64,000 nucleotides of DNA from Felis catus (lineage: Eukaryota). The notes beneath the pieces were generated by a model. That model did no database searches, was not told the DNA's origin, and saw only the letters and a list, made by a program, of their open reading frames with translations. The position numbers and the translations under genes are program-made. The stretch is from NCBI RefSeq assembly GCF_018350175.1, contig NC_058368.1, positions 195,364,001 through 195,428,000 of the forward strand, written 5' to 3'. Every line of letters starts with the position of its first letter. Position 1 is the stretch's first letter. Shown here one piece after another: positions 62,509-64,000 of the stretch.

Positions 62509-62948
62509 ATTCTTTGGACCATCTTTATCTACCTTTAGCTTCTTAACCTCCGGTTTAACAGTTGCCGTCTCTAGGATGTTGTTTTGATCTAGCCCAGAAG
62601 TTATCTTGTAGCAATATAAGCAAAATAATATGGGTAGTAACAAAGGCCATCCTTAGTCAATGATTTAGAAATTTAGAAATGTAAAGAAATTAGAAGGAAT
62701 AAAAATAGTAAGCGTTCAGAGTTAGCCTCTGTTCTATGTCAGGAACAGGGAGCATGGTATGGGCTTCCCCTCATTCAGTTCTCTCCATAGCCTTATCAGA
62801 GTAGGTACTGTGGCTATTCCCATTTCGCAGATGAGAAAACTAAAGCTATGAACTATAATGTATACAAGATCACAGAAGCACAGTCAAAAATCCAGGCCTT
62901 TTGACATCAGAACTCCAGTTCTTGAACACCATACCATATTGCTTTTCA

Positions 62949-63160
62949 TTTTTTTTCCAATGTTTATTTATTTTTGGGACAGAGAGAGACAGAGCATGAA
63001 CGGGGGAGGGGCAGAGAGAGAGGGAGACACAGAATCGGAAACAGGCTCCAGGCTCTGAGCCATCAGCCCAGAGCCCGACGCGGGGCTCGAACTCACGGAC
63101 CGAGAGATTGTGACCTGGCTGAAGTCGGACGCTTAACCGACTGCGCCACCCAGGCGCCCC
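62949..63160 (-). mobile_element. Young SINEC_Fc in SLC36A2 intron 5
   Basis: Near-consensus reverse copy; TSD ccatatt(g/a)cttttca. Confidence 0.93.
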
Positions 63161-64000
63161 CCATATTACTTTTCAAAATGAAACAAAATTATTGTTAATT
63201 CAACCACTCAGGTTATTGTTTTAAGTTAGTATCAGCTGGTGAGCATTTTGTAATGTCCTTATATTTTTAAATATAACTTCTGCTAGTTTCATATTTCATC
63301 ACACAGATTAGCCATGACTTAGTCTTCTGTCGTTGGATTTTTTCTTTTTTTCCCTTTGTTTTTCTACTATAATCTGTGGCAATGTTTGTATACCCCTTTA
63401 TTTCCTTAGCATATATTCCTTAAGGTAAAATTATGGGGTCAAAGAGTTTGATTGTTTGAAGGCTCTGAAAACACATCATCAGATGGCCGCTTGGAAATCA
63501 GTCTGCTGAACGTTATCATCTCTGTCTAAAGACATAGCAAGCATTCACTTGAAGAGTTTGCAGGCTCAATAGAATGTGTTCTAAAAAATAAAAAGTTAGC
63601 ATCAGTGTATTTTGGTGCTAGGTCAGGACACCACTGACAACACTCTGAGGGCAGGGCTGCTTAATTGTGAACTTAAGGGGCAAAATATGTGGGGGCAGAA
63701 AAGATCATTAGAGCAAGGCAAGTCTCCCTTGTGGAGGTCCATCTGGGCTGGGTATTGAAGGAAGGTTGGAGGAGAGGTTCTGGCAGCCAAGAAGGGAGGC
63801 ATGAACACCTGGAGGCAGGAATGTGCAGGACTTGCCCAGGAGAGGCAATAAAATTGGTTGTAGAAGGTGTCGGCTTTGGGAGAGGAAGAGCCTTCCAGAT
63901 TGAATGGTGCCCAGTATAGAGGACCATGAGTGCTGGCTAATGTGCCAAATATTTTCCCTTTTATAGTGAGGAATCAGAAAAAAAAATAGACTTAATCGTT

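Overview
Mammalian genomic DNA, almost certainly felid: many young tRNA-derived CAN-SINEs of the Felis SINEC_Fc type on a background of L1, L2, MIR, MaLR LTR and hAT MER repeats. The one functional gene is the 5' half of SLC36A2 (PAT2, proton-coupled amino acid transporter 2) on the + strand. Coding exons 1-5 lie at 52317-61923, all with GT-AG introns and an open frame, and the gene continues past the window end. The main finding is upstream on the same strand: a ~26 kb intron-containing, decayed SLC36 paralogue at about 11039-37300. Eight pseudo-exons matching SLC36A2 exons 3-10 occur in the correct order and phase. They carry frameshifts, a premature stop, lost splice dinucleotides and a nested SINE-in-SINE insertion inside exon 3. 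This looks like a lost extra member of the SLC36A1/A2/A3 tandem cluster; whether it is already annotated cannot be judged without a database. Nearly all listed ORFs are repeat-derived or chance ORFs. No CRISPR arrays, RNA genes or prokaryote-type systems were seen. Repeat family names come from motif recognition and their boundaries are approximate.
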